From Euglena gracilis (Eukaryota): a stretch of DNA of 64,000 nucleotides. Under the pieces are notes generated by a model, which worked only from the letters and a program-made list of their open reading frames with translations, was not told the DNA's origin and did not search any database. The position numbers were made by a program, and so were the translations under genes. Of this stretch, positions 61,533 to 64,000 are shown one piece after another. Position 1 is the first letter of the stretch; each line of letters starts with the position of its first letter. The DNA lies in contig CP154954.1 in assembly GCA_039621445.1 (NCBI GenBank), forward strand, positions 41,099,572-41,163,571, in the 5' to 3' direction.

Positions 61533-63755
61533 TCAGTCCTCCTCGTCGTCCCACCCCGACGCCAGGGTGGGGGACGGCACCTCCATGTCGACGCGGTACT
61601 GCCAGTTCGGGTCCCCCGGCTTGCCTCCAGGGGGTCGGGGCACTGGTCAACAGGGAAGACCAGGGGAACAGGGGGGACGTTGAACGTAGTGGAAACAATT
61701 GAGGCCAAAGTGCCTGGAGGAAGGTGGGGGCCAGGGGTAATGGGATAAGGTCTGGGGACCCTTGCTCCCTGGGCGATGCGCTTCTTCTCAAATTCGAGGT
61801 CCATCTTGGCTTTGACCGCCTTCAGCTGCTCCTCATCGATGGTGTTGAAGTCCCCTGCAGGGTCCTGTGACAAAATGACATCTCCCCCTATACATCAGTC
61901 GGGAAACAAATGCTCCACAGACCCCCCCCTTGTCCAGTGACTAATGTTCATCTCCGACGGGGGGGGGGGGGCTAAAACAGCAAACGTTCAGGGGGAGGGG
62001 GGGGGGGGGCGTTGTACGGGGGGGGAACCCTGTGCCGGCAAAAAATTGGCCACAGGTGGGGCATGTGGCCATTTCGGGCTGCTTTTTTGCCCAGTTTTGG
62101 CATTGTTGGCCATTTTGGGCCATTTTGGGCCATTTTGGCGGTTTCCTTTGCCATTTTTCGTCATTTTTTACCGTGTTTGGCCATTTGTTTTAAACGAATT
62201 TTTAGCGAAAAATGCACAAAATGTCGACCGTCAAAATGGGAACCCGTTGGGGATCAACGTTTCCCGAGCCCCCCCCCCCTCATTGATGGGGGTAAAGGCA
62301 AAGCCCGAGCCAAGAGGATGAAGGAAAATTGCCAGAGAAAAAGAGGATGGCGGTTGAGAACTCTCAAAGTAGCTTGTAAGCACACCATCCCCCCCAAACT
62401 TGTCCCCCCCCGGACACTGTCCCATACTCGGCCAAGGGTCCAAGGGTCCGCCAAAAGAAATTTGTTGAGCCCAAATCTTGTCCACCCCCCCCCCGAACTG
62501 CCCCTACCCGGGCCAGTGTTAGCCTGGGAATGGGACAAGATCAGGGGGGGATGGTAATCAAAAACTTGTTTCATTCTCCTCAGTTGCAAAGAAAAGGGTC
62601 CTCGGTGCACCACTTGGAACAGAAAACGACCTGCCAGCAACATCACAATCTCGCACACTTACATCAGTTTTATTCATTTCAGAAAATTTGTGATCATTTT
62701 TGGGGGATATTGGCTTTTTTCTTGCCATTTTTGTGGGGCATTTTCAGCCATTTTTTGGCAGTAATGCCAACAAATTACAAAAGAAAACTTCTGTGAAACA
62801 TACAAATTTAAAAAGCTAGATTAAGTCACACAATTCTTCCTTCGCACACATAAAGATCGCACATGATCGGGGGGGGGGGGTCGTCAGACGCTGCCCGTCA
62901 GTCGCCCGGTCGTTGGACAAGGGGGGCGGGAGGTAAATGCACACACACAAACACACACACACACGCGCGCGCGTGATGGCACACTAAATACAAACACCAC
63001 ACACGCCTCGCGCGCACATGCACGCACACACGTGCACATGCGCGCATACACACATAAGACACAACCAAACACCGCAGCAAACCCACTTCAAGGGCAGTGC
63101 CCTGGCCGGCGTCATCCCCCTCCAGGGCGATGCCGCCCAGGCGGCCGCCCCCCTCTGCATCGTTGCTGTTGGCGGAGGCGCGGCGGGGCGGAGGGGCCGG
63201 CGGTTCCGCCCCACCGGGGCCTGAGCTTCCCTTTGGGGACAGAGAGGCCAGCGGGCACGGCGTACTGAATGTGTCCTGGCCGCCTCCGTGCATACATGTA
63301 GGGTTTGCATCTCAGGGAACTGCGGCAGGCAATTTCCGTCCGGATATCATTTGGGGGAGTTGATGCTGCCCTGTGACGACCCTGAAAGAGACGAGTGCCA
63401 TATCCCGCTGGCATGGTAGCCGCCTGCCCCCGCTAGACGATTGCTCCACAACGGCAGTGGAGTCTATGCAACCAGGTTTGGGGGGAAGTGAATTGGGGAA
63501 AAGAGGAGGATTTCGTGACACACACACACACACACACACCCACCCAAGCACACCTCAGGCCCCCCGCCTCATTTCCCCGTTGCCACGGCCCAGGTGGCGC
63601 AGAAAACCCATCACAGCAGCGGCCCTCCTGGGTGGCATGTGCCGCTGCAAGACCTCCAGGAGGGGCACGAGTCGTTCCACCGTCAGCACGTCTGGGTGGA
63701 CCTTCACCAGCCGCTCCGCCAGCGCCGCGCAGCCGGTGGCGGGGGTCAAATGCCG
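61533..63755 (-). CDS. CEP19: CEP19-like centrosomal/basal-body protein, last four exons (5' end outside the window)
   Basis: Exons 63755-63634, 63234-63108, 61852-61775 (alternative AG acceptor at 61864) and 61622-61533 splice in frame: RHLTPATGCAALAERL..LLEVLQRHM..DFNTIDEEQLKAVKAKMDLEFEKKRIKPGDPNWQYRVDMEV..SGWDDEED*, matching the recalled CEP19 C-terminus (DLNKLDD.EL...K..MD..FEKN....DPNFVY). Confidence 0.85.
61623..61774 (-). other. Euglenid-type nonconventional intron (CEP19)
   Basis: 5' GCCCAGGG, 3' CCCTGGAGGC; no GT-AG; phase 0. Confidence 0.85.
63235..63633 (-). other. Euglenid-type nonconventional intron (CEP19)
   Basis: 5' ACCCAGGAGGGCC pairs with 3' GGCCTCTCTGTCCCC; removal keeps the frame. 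Confidence 0.75.
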
Positions 63756-63871
63756 CTGCCCGCAGAGCCGGGTCTCGCCACACAACGGTTTTTAATTGTG
63801 TGTTGGTGTGTGGTGTGAGCTGCCCAGTGGGGGGGGGGGGTTGAGTGAATGAGTGAGTGAATGAGGGTGTG

Positions 63872-63906
<35 letters not shown>

Positions 63907-64000
63907 GGTGGGCAGGTGTGTTTGTGTGCGTGCGGGTTTGTGTTTGTGCATGTGTTTGCGTGCGTTACGGTGCCCCATGGTGGTGTGTGTGAGGGCGTGC

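Noticed and set aside
60884-61873. 329-aa minus-strand ORF as a single-exon gene
   Set aside because: Only about the first 30 codons are CEP19 exon; the rest is intron and 3' UTR in an open GC-rich frame.
63555-63844. Plus-strand exon or ORF candidates
   Set aside because: The minus strand gives the CEP19-like frame with consistent splice junctions.

Overview
Repeat-rich eukaryotic DNA, most likely from a euglenid: both host genes carry euglenid-type nonconventional introns (RNNCAG...CTG-N5 ends), and the telomere repeat is TTAGGG. Two host genes flank about 50 kb of nested retroelements. On the left (+, ~2.7-9.2 kb) is a Pro-rich protein built from repeated IFDGATS-motif exons; on the right (-, 61.5-63.8 kb) is a CEP19 homolog. 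Between them are two chromodomain Ty3/Gypsy retrotransposons, each with a DNA methyltransferase domain inside Pol. Element 1 (~9.7-22.2 kb) has a DIRS-like adenine-MTase domain between protease and RT plus a ~5.4 kb extra ORF. Element 2 (36054-49607, both LTRs present) has a C5-cytosine MTase at the Pol N-terminus, a possible adenine-MTase remnant and an extra CCHC ORF. In both, Gag ends at an in-frame UAG-G followed by an MuLV-like readthrough structure. Element 2 is inserted in a DIRS element (RT-RH-MT-YR). Two related DIRS copies point tail-to-tail into a head-to-head (TTAGGG)n/(CCCTAA)n telomere fusion at ~52.5-52.8 kb. Further DIRS fragments, a decayed hAT element and several MITEs are present. 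All TE ORFs are disrupted. All domain calls are by-eye motif recognition; no database searches were run.
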